The position numbers and the translations under genes are program-made. From NCBI GenBank assembly GCA_964247055.1, contig OZ176053.1:1984001-2048000 (forward strand): a DNA stretch of 64,000 nucleotides, given 5' to 3'. Below are positions 27,561 to 39,700 of this stretch, piece after piece; positions within the stretch are counted from its first letter, which is position 1, and every line of letters begins with the position of its first letter. The stretch comes from Paragordius varius. Lineage: Eukaryota; Animalia; Nematomorpha. The notes under the pieces are model-generated. The model saw only the letters and a list, made by a program, of their open reading frames with translations. It had not been told where the DNA came from and ran no database searches.

Positions 27561-28325
27561 TTAATGATTCCTAATTTTTCCAGGTATATAATTTTTATCA
27601 ATAATAGGATCTTGCAAGAACATATGTAAACATTTTTCATTTTGAGCCAAGGGATGTCCGGCAATTCTATGACAGATACGATAAAATATAACAAATTTTG
27701 TTATTTTACTATTGGAAAAACTAAAATTTGTTTTTATATTTGATTATTTCAAAATATTTTGTAAACAATAACATAAATATGTTAATTAATGTTTTATAAC
27801 GTAAAATAATCGGAATAAAGTGAAAAGGTGGGATCTTTCGGAAATAAAGAGGGTTAAATAGACCAACTTATATTTAAAAAAGAAAAGGAAACTAACTTGT
27901 TTATAAAAATTTCTAAAGCTCTCATTCTCTCTTCAATGAATGAATCTTCAAACAAACCGTCGTCTGAACGAAACGGTAAGAGTCGCGTTAAAGCTTTACC
28001 TGGTAAATATGGAACAACAATCTATGGAAAATCATTAAGAAAACAAACTTTGCTATCGCGTTCCAATTCATTCCTTAACCATTCAAAATCGCTGTATCGT
28101 CTCCTAACGCTAGATTCTTTAACTTTAAAAATAGGTAAATTCGTCTACAATTAAACAATAAATTACTCTCATTCTTATCTCATAATCCGTATATCTATTC
28201 CTGCCTTCACCTCGCGTTATGGGATTTAAAACATCAATCTCTAAAAAATTGGCTGGAGCGGCATATGCATCGTCCAAAGTCTGTTTTTTGATAGAAAGGC
28301 GTTTTGTTACATCCACATCAACCAT
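27561..28325 (-). CDS. SNX3: Sorting nexin 3/12 (PX domain)
   Basis: Exons 28325-28167, 28144-28049, 28021-27897 and 27666-27561 give AYAAPANFLEIDV...EIRMR|TNLPIFKVKESSVRRRYSDFEWLRNELERDSK|IVVPYLPGKA...FINK|IAGHPLAQNEKCLHMFLQD. Introns are 22, 27 and 230 nt. Confidence 0.95.
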
Positions 28326-28416
28326 TATTGAGCTGATAAAATCGATTGTTTTTTATCTAACTTCTATGGATAACAAAAAACATGCAAATTCGTTCTTACC
28401 GTAAAGGGTATTGCAG
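28326..28416. promoter_or_regulatory. Probable bidirectional promoter / shared 5' region of SNX3 and NitFhit
   Basis: Only 91 nt separate the two divergent start codons. Confidence 0.5.
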
Positions 28417-31400
28417 ATGATGGCTTTAAAAATTGCATTATGTCAAATATGTTCAACCAATGATAAATTATTAAATTTTAAAATTTGTCATAATTTAATC
28501 AAGCAGGCAAAAGCTCAATGTGCTAAAGTTTAATTTTTATTACATGTTAGATTGTTTTCTTGCCAGAGTGTTTTGATTTCATAGCGATAAATAAAAAAGA
28601 GTCGTATGATTTAGCAGAAACATTGGATGGTCAATTGATAAAGAATTATAAAGATTTGGCTAAGAATGAAAAAATATGGTTATCTCTAGGAGGTTTTCAT
28701 CAAAAAGTATTTTGCATATATATTTTAGGTAGCAAATGAATCCAAAATGTATAATTCACACATTCTTATCGACGATTATGGTGTGATAAAAAGTGTTTAT
28801 AACAAAATACATCTTTTTGATTTATCGATTCCTGAGATCGTTCTCAAAGAAAGTGATCACACATTAATGGGCGAGGGATTACAGAGGCCCATACAAACTC
28901 CAATCGGAAAAATTGGTCTTCAAATTGTAAGTATTTATTTTTTTTCCTATATATATCTGAATGTTTGTTTCCCATTTAAGTTCTATATAATAATTTATTT
29001 TTATTATTACCCAAATCAAAAAAACAACATTGTTATGACATACGTTTTCCCATTCCCGCTCACGTGTTACGTTCAAGGGGTGGGGCGCATATACTCACGT
29101 ATCCTTCAGCTTTTACTATCCCGACTGGGAAAATGCATTGGCATTGCCTTAATAAGGCCCGCGCTATTGAGAATCAATGTTACGTTATTTCAGCGGCTCA
29201 AGTCGGTACTCATAATGAAAAAAGGTAAATTTAGCTATTTTATTCCATTTGTTTAATTTTAAGGATAGATTTTAATATTTTTCTCGTAAATGTTAATGAA
29301 AATCGATGTTATGTTATATCAACTTAGTGAAAAAAGGTAAAAATTTACTATGAAGTTATATTCCGATTGTTTAGTTTAGAATAGATCTTTATGTTTTCTC
29401 ATAAAGATAAAATCAATGTTACGTTATTTCACCGGCTCAAGTCGGTACCCATAATAAAAAAAGGTAAATTTTGTTAATTTTATTCCATTTGTTTAGTTTT
29501 AAGGATAGATTTTAATGTTTTCCTCATAAAAATTATTGAAAATTAACGTTACTTTATTTCAACTTAGTGAAAAAAGGTAAATTTGGTTATATTCCATTTG
29601 TTTTTTAAGGATAGATTTTATATTTTTCTCGTAAAAGTTAAGTAAAATTAATTTTACGTTATATCAGCTTAGTGAAAAAGGGTGAAACTTTAACTATGAA
29701 AAATTTGGTTAATTTTATTCTATTTGTTTAGATTTAAGGATTTTAATTTTTTTCTGGTAAAAGTTAATGAAAATCAATATTACGTTACTTCGCAGCTCAA
29801 GTCGGTACTCATAATTAAAAAAGGTAAAATTTGAGGGTTAAAACATATATGTTTTGTAAAAATTTTGGGTTGAAATGGATTTTTATTAAAACAATATAGG
29901 TTTAAATTTAGGTTAAATTCAGAAATTTAAATGTGTTAAATAATTTAATTCTGTCTTTTAGGTAAATTTATATAATTTAAAGTATATCTAGTATGTTCTA
30001 TTCCTAAAATAATTCTCAATAAATTTTTGGTTATGTAAAATTAAAATACATCTAATAAACTTTATCCATTATATAATATGCCTAGATAAAAATTATTACA
30101 CTAATAATAATTAAAACAAATAATTAAATATTTATTATATAACGTTAATCCTACCCCTTTTCCTATTTAAAAACCTAATAAAACGAATTGTGTATTTATG
30201 GAGTTTTTATGCTAAATGCAGCATTTTAATATTTTTACACGTTAGTTTAGTTTAATGTCCTCTATTTAAAAAAAAATAATTTTTAATTTTTTCACGAAAA
30301 AAACTCTGTTAAATTTTCTCCGTAAAATATATTAATTCTGACATTAATCAATATATAATTCTCGGTTTGGCTTGTAAAAATATATTTTTTAAGAAATTAT
30401 TTCTTCTCTGATTAATTGAAATATACAATTAAAAAAACCAATGTTTTTTAACAGATCATCATACGGTCATTCTCTAGTGGTTGATCCCCAAGGCCAAATC
30501 CTACTCGATATGGGCGATGAAACGGAAAATATTAATACAGTTAAAATCATTGAGTTAGCTACTTCCTATCCGGATTTTATTGATTCTACCATCAATAAAA
30601 TACGTAAAAACTTACCCATTGAAACTACGTGGAATATGATTAAAGTATATACTCTAAATTTTGTACAACTAATGTGGGATTGATTTTTTTTGAAATATTA
30701 TACTTACAGCATGCATTTTAATGGTTGTTCATTTTACACTATAGTTGGTCAATAAATTTGTTTAAATAATACAATATTTTGTTGTTTTTTTCCATACACT
30801 ATTGTGTTGCAAATTGCCCAACTATAGTATATGAAACTATTAAAATGCATACTGTATATGTTATTGAAAGCAAATATTAATAAAATATATATATAAGTTA
30901 TGTTATAACATAATAAATTTATTTTTAAACGTCTGGAAATTAGTGTTAAAATGTGTATATTTGATATAATATACCATTTAAAGTTAGAATTTACCCTTAA
31001 AATAAATTATCTGTTTTTTTAAATTAAAACTTATAATTTTTTTTATATTTTAAAAACATGAAATTTTGTTTAAAATTAATAGAATACTGAAAAACTAATA
31101 AATTATGCCATAAAGATATACATTATAATGATGAGTTGTATTAGCCCGAAACATAAATTTTTTAGGTGATTTTGAATTGTTTAAGGGTGAATAACTGTAA
31201 ATGGTATATGGTATTATTTTTGTATAAACTATCCGTTTTATTTATTAAAAAATTATAATTAAATATTGGAATACTTTTAAAAAAATGTTTTTTTCGAAAA
31301 ATTTAACTTTATATAAAATTATAGTCTTTTTTGATTATTTTGATATAATGTAATTTTTTATTAATTTTATTAGCCGGGGATGTATGATTTACCAGATTGC

Positions 31401-34400
31401 AAAAATGAAGACCGGCAAATAGATTTGGTGCCAATTACGAATGATATCCAGGTTTTTTGTGCTACTTAAATTTTTTTTAGGGCATCAAAATTATTTTTCA
31501 CATTTAAATTTTGTTTTGAATATTAAATATTGCAGAATTTTAACCCATATTGCTTCAAATTCATCACGATACAAAAAAAAGTTTAAGAGAAAAAAATAAC
31601 TTGTCTAAGTTCATTAAAAAGTCTTACCAAAACAATATGGGCCTTGGTTAGCCATATACTTTAGTTTTGCATTCAATATATGTAAAAAAACAATATTAAA
31701 TTTACAAAACATAAAAAAAGAGAAAAATCTTCAATATACTAAATAAATTTATAAAATATTATTTTGTTTATGCATCTTAGGATGACTGTATAATATAATT
31801 TAATATATTGATTGCTAATCAAATTAAAAAAACATATTCTTTTATATTTCAAATTCACTATAATTACATACTTTCAATCCTGTAAAAATATATAATGGTT
31901 TTATTGTTTTCTTATTGGCTTATTATAAATGTTTATAATACTCTTGATTATAAATAATTATAACATAGGATCTTATTAAATCAAAAACGATCATTATTAA
32001 AATATGCACTCTATATTTTATGTGTATCCACTATTTTATATAAATTAAAATTTTATTCAATTTTGTGGACACTTTTTCATCGACACAAAGATTATTCGGT
32101 AGTAATCGAAAAAAATTATTATGCTTTAAATAAATTTTATTTTTGTTGAAATTTAATAATTCCAATCATAAATTTTACCAACCTATTAGAACACTTACAG
32201 TTTAATTTATGATTATCACGAAAAAAATATGATTAGTAGAAGGAAAAAAATGAATATCTATAAATTAATTCTTTTTTAAATAAAAGACGGTGTTTATGTT
32301 TGATACAACGAATGAAATTAAAATGTTGTTGATGGTAAATTTCTTTGTAATGAATAAAATTTTTTTGCTATTACATGAGGTGTTTTCAAAAAAGAAACTT
32401 AGATAAAGGTTTTGTTTTTATTTTAAGAAGAAATTTAACGTTAACAACATAGTGATTTTTTCTTTTGGATCAAAGTTATGCAGTGAACCGCTTTTTTAAA
32501 AAAGCAATAGAATTAATTAATAAATAAAGTAAAAATTGAAATAACGCGGACAAAACGTAAAAATATAACAATTTTTTTTTAAAAGACAATCATACTACTT
32601 TTTAAACCAAATTTATTCTATTAAAATCATTTATTGCTATCCTAAAATACCTAATTGATTATGTTACCTATATTTGCATGTCTATTTCATACTTTGCAGT
32701 TTAAAACAATGAGTTATATTTGAAGAAAATCAATCTGTGAAAAGTCATGGTTGTCCTTTAGAAAATAAGATTTTATATTACGTTTTGTCCGTATAAAATC
32801 AATTTTTATTGTTTTTCCTTTGATTACCCATATTTTTTTTCGTGATAATCCTTATTATTTCTTCCGTAATCTTACCTTAGTTTCCATTTGGTCCGAAAAA
32901 TTCAATTCCTCCATCTTGTGTGTTTGCTGTAACACCCTTATCATACGCTTTCGTTAATCGATGCCCATTGTTACCCGGGCACACGCTGGTAACTACGAGA
33001 CGTGTAAATGCTCAAACATTAGTTACTGATTGTACACCAGCCGAAGTTAAGGATATGTACGCCTTAGTACAATACGTAGCAAAGAATGCTTTAATCAAAA
33101 CGTATTTTACACCTAATCCCAAGGGTGTGGGAGAAAATAATGATGAACGTATGAATTTTGTTTTACATGATATTTGAGATTATTGTAGGGATAGATATAA
33201 TCTTGTTTAATGTATAAAACAGGGGTGTCCAGCGTGCGGCTCGTGAAAAACTTGAAATTTATATTTAGCAAATATACTTACAAAATTTTAATAAAATTGA
33301 TTTATGTTTAACAAACCTTCTAAAAAAGTCTATCCTATTGCAACACCAACTAGAAATATTGTTATATTATGTTTGCATTTTAAAGTTATGTTGTAAATCT
33401 ATTAAAATATATATTTATGAGGGTCCTTGTTTCAAATGCAGCATGGCGGATTTTAAGCCAAAAATGGGCCCGCAAGGCCATTTGTGTTGGACATTCCTGG
33501 TTGGGATTAAGATTTTTATTACGCTTCTCTAGTATAAATTTACATGCCCTCTTTAGCTAGAGGTTTATTTGTTAAGGCTTTTAACAATATGCAGTTTGTG
33601 CTCTCATATATATATATATATATATTATGTGGTTCGATAGGTCAAATCTGTGGGTTATCTTGAAGATTTATCTTAATTATAATTCTTATATATTGTTTAA
33701 GTGTTTTAAATATTGCAAAATTGTTATATTACCTTAAGGCACACATACCCTCACCTATTTATTTTATGCCAGATTTAATATGTATTTTTTTCCTGTTTGA
33801 TATGAATATGCGATTAATAAAATTAATAGTCACAATTTTTAAGCAAAATACAAAATAATTTTCTATGAATTCCAAAAAAACGTAAAAATGTCATATTAGA
33901 ATAAAGGTTAGTTAGTCGTAAAGCATTCAATACTAATGTTTTAGCTCAAAAAACCCCCTTTTTTCTGTGTTTTAGCTGCATTCACCATAACCATACAAGA
34001 TGGGGCTGCCGCGGGCCGGACTGTACCCCAAGTTCATATACATGTTATTCCGCGACACAAGGGGGACCTTGGGTCTGATGACGACAATGAAATTTATCGG
34101 TATTTTTATTGGTTGTTTTATAGCAAAAAACTATTTTTGTAATTAACATCAATGTATTGATTTGGAATGGGAAAATTAGGATAAATGAGTCGATAATTGG
34201 TAGCATATTCTTTATTTTATATAAGACATAAGAAGTGAATGCCCTTGGGAAATGTTATTTGCCGACGACCTCGTGATAACGACACGATCATGGGATCAAC
34301 TGGTAAATACATATTCCAAGTGGAAGAAATGCCTTGAACAATATGGAATGATCATAAACGCCACAAAAACAAAATAATGATAACAGGTGAAAGTGAAACA

Positions 34401-36252
34401 CCCAGATACCCCTGTTCCATTTGCAGTAAGGAAGTACGTTCAAATTCCATTAAATGCATATCATGTCAATTGTGGGTACACAAAAAGTGCTCTAAAATAA
34501 AAGACAAGTTAACAAATGTAATAAATTTTAAATGCTTAAATTGCTTAGACCCAAACAATAATAATTTTAATCGACCAAAGCTACTTAACATTGATGGACA
34601 TGACATCGAATTGGTTGACTCTTTCGTATACCTAGGAGATGTCATATCATCTCAGGGAAGCCCACAAAAGGCTATCAAAAGAAGAATACATCAAGGTTGG
34701 ATAAAATATAATCAATTAAAATATGTTTTCCAAAACAAAAATGTTAACAATCGTAATAAATGGTATCTTTACAAGGCAGGAATAAGACCTGCTCTTACCT
34801 ATGGTTCTGAAACCTGGGCATTAAACAAAACAAATCAAACAAAACTCCTAACCAGTGAGAATCGAATACTCAAAAGCTGCTTTCGTACACCAGAAATACC
34901 AATTTTCATTAAAGAAAACGATAAAATCGATTATATAATTCAAACAAACAGATTGCGTCTCTACGGTCATACTCAGAGAAGAGACGCCACCCATCCTTTA
35001 AAAACTGTTGATAACATTAATGTTGATGGCAATAGAAGAAAGGGACGACCACTCTTTTCTTATAATGATAATATAAAAATGGACTTGAATCAACGCAGCC
35101 TTTCCACAGAACAATGTAAAGATCGTAATTTATGGAGGAAACTACTTCGTGGATACAAAACTCTGAATATGGAGTCCTAAAATTATCCATCCATATAAGA
35201 ATGTTAAAATAATTTCATATAAAACATGTTTATGTATTCACGGGTATTATATTTTAATAAATTATTTTTGTAAATTATTATTACTGCTAATAATACAGTA
35301 AAAATTGAAATAACAAAACGTAAAAATATAGACCATTTTTTATCTAATAATAAAGTGTTTAGTATATATTACCAACACAATCAGTTCTATATTTTACAAT
35401 TGTAACTAAATAGCTTATAAAGCAAATATCAAGTTTTAAAAAAATATGGTTGTCTTTTAATAAAAATATTTTTTTTATATTTTTACGTTTTGTCCATATA
35501 ATATCATTTTAATTGTAGATATTAAGGAGTAGTTTTATTTTTTGATATTCATCAATCAATATATTAATAAAGTGGGAAAAATAAATTTTGATGGATATAT
35601 AAATTTTGAAAATTGCCTTTGGTTTCGGTTCCGGTTCCTCATATTGATATAAAGCGGTTCTAAAGAATTATTTTTCAAAATAAATCGTTTTGGCTTAATT
35701 AATAGTCATGAAATTCAATTTTATAGATATTTTTATTCAATATTCCTTAACTTTAAAAAATAATCGGCTTATTAATGCGATAAAAATATTTTTAGCAAAA
35801 TAAAATTTGAATAATTTTGTTTATATTTGAATAAAATGCATTCTAGCCAATTTTTACTTTATATTATATAAATTAACCTTAAATGAATTTGTATTTGCAA
35901 AAACGGTTTAAGTACCGATCCCTGATAATCAATATTTTATTAAATGGTTTTCTTTCAATGTAAATTGATTATAAATAAATGTAAATAGTATCTTTTTTAA
36001 ACAAAATTGTCAAATTATTATCCATTAAACAATATTAGTATGAATTTTTAATTATGGTATATTTGCTAAAATTAGTTATATTTTTATGTAATTCACTAAA
36101 ATTTATCTTGATGGTTTTTGTAAAATGTTTTAATTTTCAGGCGATTAGCTAAGCATGATGCCAACTCTGACAAGGATGAAAGGAAGTGGCGAACAGTCGA
36201 AAATATGTCCCAAGAGGCATCCATTTATCGAAAAATGTTATATGAGCAATAA
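28417..36252 (+). CDS. NitFhit: NitFhit fusion (nitrilase-like Nit1 plus Fhit diadenosine triphosphate hydrolase)
   Basis: Nit triad FLPECFD / YNKIHLFD / CYDIRFP, plus RARAIENQCYV and SYGHSLVVDP. In-frame linker exon 31374-31450 has no stop. Then FPFG...AFVNRCPLLPGH (from 32881), QDGAAAGRTVPQVHIHVIPR (33976-34099) and last exon 36141-36252 (WRTVENMSQEA). Confidence 0.88.
29172..29826 (+). repeat. Six degenerate ~110-130-bp tandem copies of the Nit exon 3' end plus donor site
   Basis: AATCAATGTTACGTTATTTC...GAAAAAAG|GTAAA recurs near 29172, 29300, 29411, 29541, 29646 and 29771. Confidence 0.85.
30707..30854. mobile_element. ~150-bp MITE with CAG.ATGCATTTTAAT ends (same terminus as the foldback element)
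   Basis: TA|CAGCATGCATTTTAATGG...ATTAAAATGCATACTG|TA. Confidence 0.75.
30972..31206. mobile_element. MITE family A copy
   Basis: TA|TACCATTT...GTAAATGGTA|TA. Confidence 0.8.
33220..33499. mobile_element. hAT-like MITE (relatives near 8663-8970, 13797-14082, 46577-46867, 48386-48645)
   Basis: CAGGGGTGTCC...GGACATTCCTG termini and GCGGGCCGC-type subterminal motifs shared among copies. Confidence 0.7.
34227..35192 (+). mobile_element. 5'-truncated RTE-clade non-LTR retrotransposon with a PHD finger inside the RT domain
   Basis: PWEMLFADDLV, one frameshift in an A run near 34370, C4HC3 finger PCSICSKEV...CISCQLWVHKKC...CLNC, FVYLGDVI, LTYGSETW, RLRLYGH, RRKGRP. Candidate TSD ATATAAGA at 34219-34226 and 35193-35200. 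Confidence 0.9.
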
Positions 36253-36323
36253 TTATTCAATAAATGAAACTATAAACATGTGTTCGATATTAAATCGTCT
36301 GCTTCTAATATCCTAAAACGAAT

Positions 36324-36781
36324 ATGGATGATTTCAATGATGTTTATGAAAAATATGGTATTATAATTACACCCAGTGATGCAGATATATTACCCAAATT
36401 GGAAAATCTCAACTGTTTGGATAATAAAGTAAGCTTTAACATGTTAACAAAATGATTGCTAACCAAGAAAAAGTTTTGGAAGGCCAAGTATCCAAACTTA
36501 AGCAGTGTCAACTACAGATTAACATTGAAAAAACTAAAATTAGTTTAACTGAATCTAAAATACGTGATTTAACAACAAGTTACATTTATTTGATTTTATG
36601 TGTAAAATTTTAGAATTGCAAAAATTAATCAAAAATCGAGTATATCTTTGCAGTGCAAAAGAGAAATTAGAAGATAACAAAAAAGTTATAGACGAGATGA
36701 TAGATCAAATGAGTATTTTTATATTGCACAATAATTTTCTTCTTCTCTCATATAGATGTTATTTGCAGCACCAAAGTTTGA
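36324..36781 (+). CDS. Small coiled-coil protein resembling pallidin / BLOC-1 subunit 6
   Basis: MDDFNDVYEKYG...LPKLE..., then MIANQEKVLEGQVSKLKQC (compare recalled human LPDLQ...LTQNQ...LEQEISKFKEC). Two canonical short introns (36579-36613, 36713-36755) join in frame to a stop at 36781. The first junction is problematic (see findings). Confidence 0.5.
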
Positions 36782-39700
36782 ATTTTTGATATTTTTCAAC
36801 CTTAATCTTGTAATCAATCTACATAAACAGATTAAATAAACAATGGATACCTGAGGAATGAGTTTGTATAAGGTTTGTGAGATCGATTTCTTTCTTTCTT
36901 TGTCGACAATATTGTCTTGCGTATTTGGTGGTTTTTTGGTCAAAAGAGTTTCATAAATATTATTTGACGGTTGTTTTTTGTGAACGACTGAATATATAAC
37001 TTCGGTTTGATGGGCTATTTGATTGATTGTTTCATCCAATGCTTTATTTTTATTGCTACTTGACTCATAACCACTGCTTCCATTTTCTTTACCATTAACA
37101 TGATTTATTGAAAAGGATGATAAATCTAAACTATTTTCCGTTTCCACCATAGAAACTATCCGTTTCACGGGCGTTAAATGGTTCCTTTTATTATTGATAT
37201 CTTGGTTATTTTCATATCTTTTCAAATTTATATTTAAGGGTTCATCATGGGGTAGAAAGTTTTTGTCCAACTCCCTATTGGCGTTATGATGTGAAAATAT
37301 TTTTTGTTCATATAAATCATTACTGATCAAATTATGCTGAAAATTATTTGAGTTACTCCGGAAATGATTTTTGGGTTTTGTTTCATTTGAATTGTATATT
37401 TCCACAAACGGATCAACTTTCATAATGGGTTTCGTTGAATTATTGGCAAATGTGTTAGAATTTTTCTCCATATCCTTTTGATTGGCCGAGGTCGTTATCG
37501 TTCTTTTCAGATACGGGACATCCACGAATGACATATTAAAATCGGTCATATCATCACACAAACTACTCTTAAATATTTTCTCAAGGTCCGATAATTTATT
37601 AGCAACTGGTTTTCCCATTTTTTCATCATTTACTGGTTTTTTCTTGAGGTACGGGACATCCACGAACGATAAGTTGAAATCTGTCATATTTTCGTCATAA
37701 TTTTCGTTTTGGATAATTTTTTCAAAATTTTCATATTTCTGAAGCATTTTATTTATGTTTTCCCCAATATTTTGCAATTCATCAATTTCGCTATCAATAT
37801 CGCTTTTTTTGTATTGGTAATGGATGGGAGATAATTTACATTTTGTTTCATGCACACTATTGGTGTTTTTCATTTGGTTGGGAGGATCACAGAATTTATT
37901 GGATGATCCCACGGACACAGGTTTGGAATACGGTCCATCGACCCATGTTTCTTTATCACTCGTATCAACATTTTCATCCCAATCCAAAGATTTATTGTGC
38001 CTAACATACTTCTTATAATGCTTGCGATTCAAACTACTGTAGAGGGGAAAGTAGGTTTCATTGCTATCCCCAAATGTCAATTTACCATTTTCACTGTCAT
38101 TTTTTATAGAAAACTTTCGTGAACGCATAGTAGGTGACAGTGATATACTGGGGGACGGACCTCTTTCTACAAATCCCAAACGCCGTTTATGCAATGAAGC
38201 ATCAATGAGCGGAGCTTTTCCTGGTTTTAGTATAAGTTTGGCTTGGTAACCGTGTTCATTCAACCTTAAATGATGGGCCTTATGATTATTGTTGCCTTTG
38301 TTGGATATTGATAAAATTGATTCTTGACTGGCATACAGTGCGTTAGGTCCATTTCTTTTGCTTGCACCTCTTTTCCTAACCAAATAGGGTGATTTCGAAT
38401 CAGAACTATGGTTGCTATACGCATTAGCGGTTTTGTTCTGATTGAAAGTCATGTCATCTATCGTATCCTCCACGATTTGAGGTAAATGTGAAGGCGTTTT
38501 TTCATTTTGTAAACTCGTCGAATGAAACCCTTTGACAAAAGAAGTAATGGTTTCAAACATAACATAATTTTCGTAATAGTGTTCATCGGCATCTGAGATT
38601 TCATGCAATACTTTGATGGTTTTAAATTTAAAATTTGGATTATGTTTGATTTGACTTTTTAATCTATATACATTATTAAATATTTAGGATACCTTTCTAT
38701 CACATCATTAATTGTATTGGTTATGGGTGATTTTAAACTGCATATCAATATATTACCTATAAAATGTAATATAAAATTGAATTTATACCTGTGGTTTCTG
38801 CGTTTTTTATTTGAACATCATATAATATATCCTTTGAGTTATGATCTAATATATATATTCATATGTGTAGAAATATATATAGTTTTATCCATTTTTTAAT
38901 TATGTACCGTTAACATATCATAAAAAGGATAAGTGAAACTATAATAAACTTACTTTTACATGTGAAATCTTGTAACAACAATTTGGTTATAATGGCATAT
39001 TGATTTTCATCCGTAATTTTCATATCATATAATTCATTCAAATCTATTCCATAACAAAACAGTTTTATTTATTATAATAATAATTATTTGAAAAATTATT
39101 AATTTTTACCATCTGTTAAAGGATTTAAACTTTTTTTGATTCGAATTTCATAGTTTGGAATTTGTATATGTTGTTCGTTTTTTTCTGTTTTTCGATTTTT
39201 TAAACCATCAGCTACCTTTGAAAGCCAAAATAAAAGGCCTGGCAATAGGCCAATATCATGGTAAGACCCCGGGGCACCATAAACACTTTGATTGTGATCT
39301 AATAAAAATATTTATTGAATATAAGTATTATTTGAAGATACACAATACACGGTTAAAAATAATCATTAATCATAAAATTATTGAAGGTGTTATCATTTTA
39401 TCTATTAACTACTGTGCATACTGGCCCACTTTTCCGATTTTTATATATGGTCCTGTTTTTTGGTTATGTATAACCGTTTAAAGTTAACATATTGTTTATT
39501 TATGAAACCTTTATAATGAGCCAAAATTATGAAAGAAAATTAAATTTAATCTTTTTTTAATAATTTGTTCAAAATTCTGCCGAATATTGATAATAATCAT
39601 TTTATATTATTTATAAAATATATTGATTGAATTTTATTTTTTATATTTTTTTTCTCAAAATCAATAACAAGCGATGAAGGGAGAGGGATTACCTAAACAC

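Noticed and set aside
33101-33122. Candidate 22-nt intron inside the Fhit exon
   Set aside because: Removing it shifts the frame and breaks the join to the HIT-motif exon.
36819-38692. Two kinesin micro-introns starting GTATCC, like U12-type donors
   Set aside because: Neither matches the full GTATCCTT, no TCCTTAAC branch site is present, and chance similarity is likely in AT-rich DNA.
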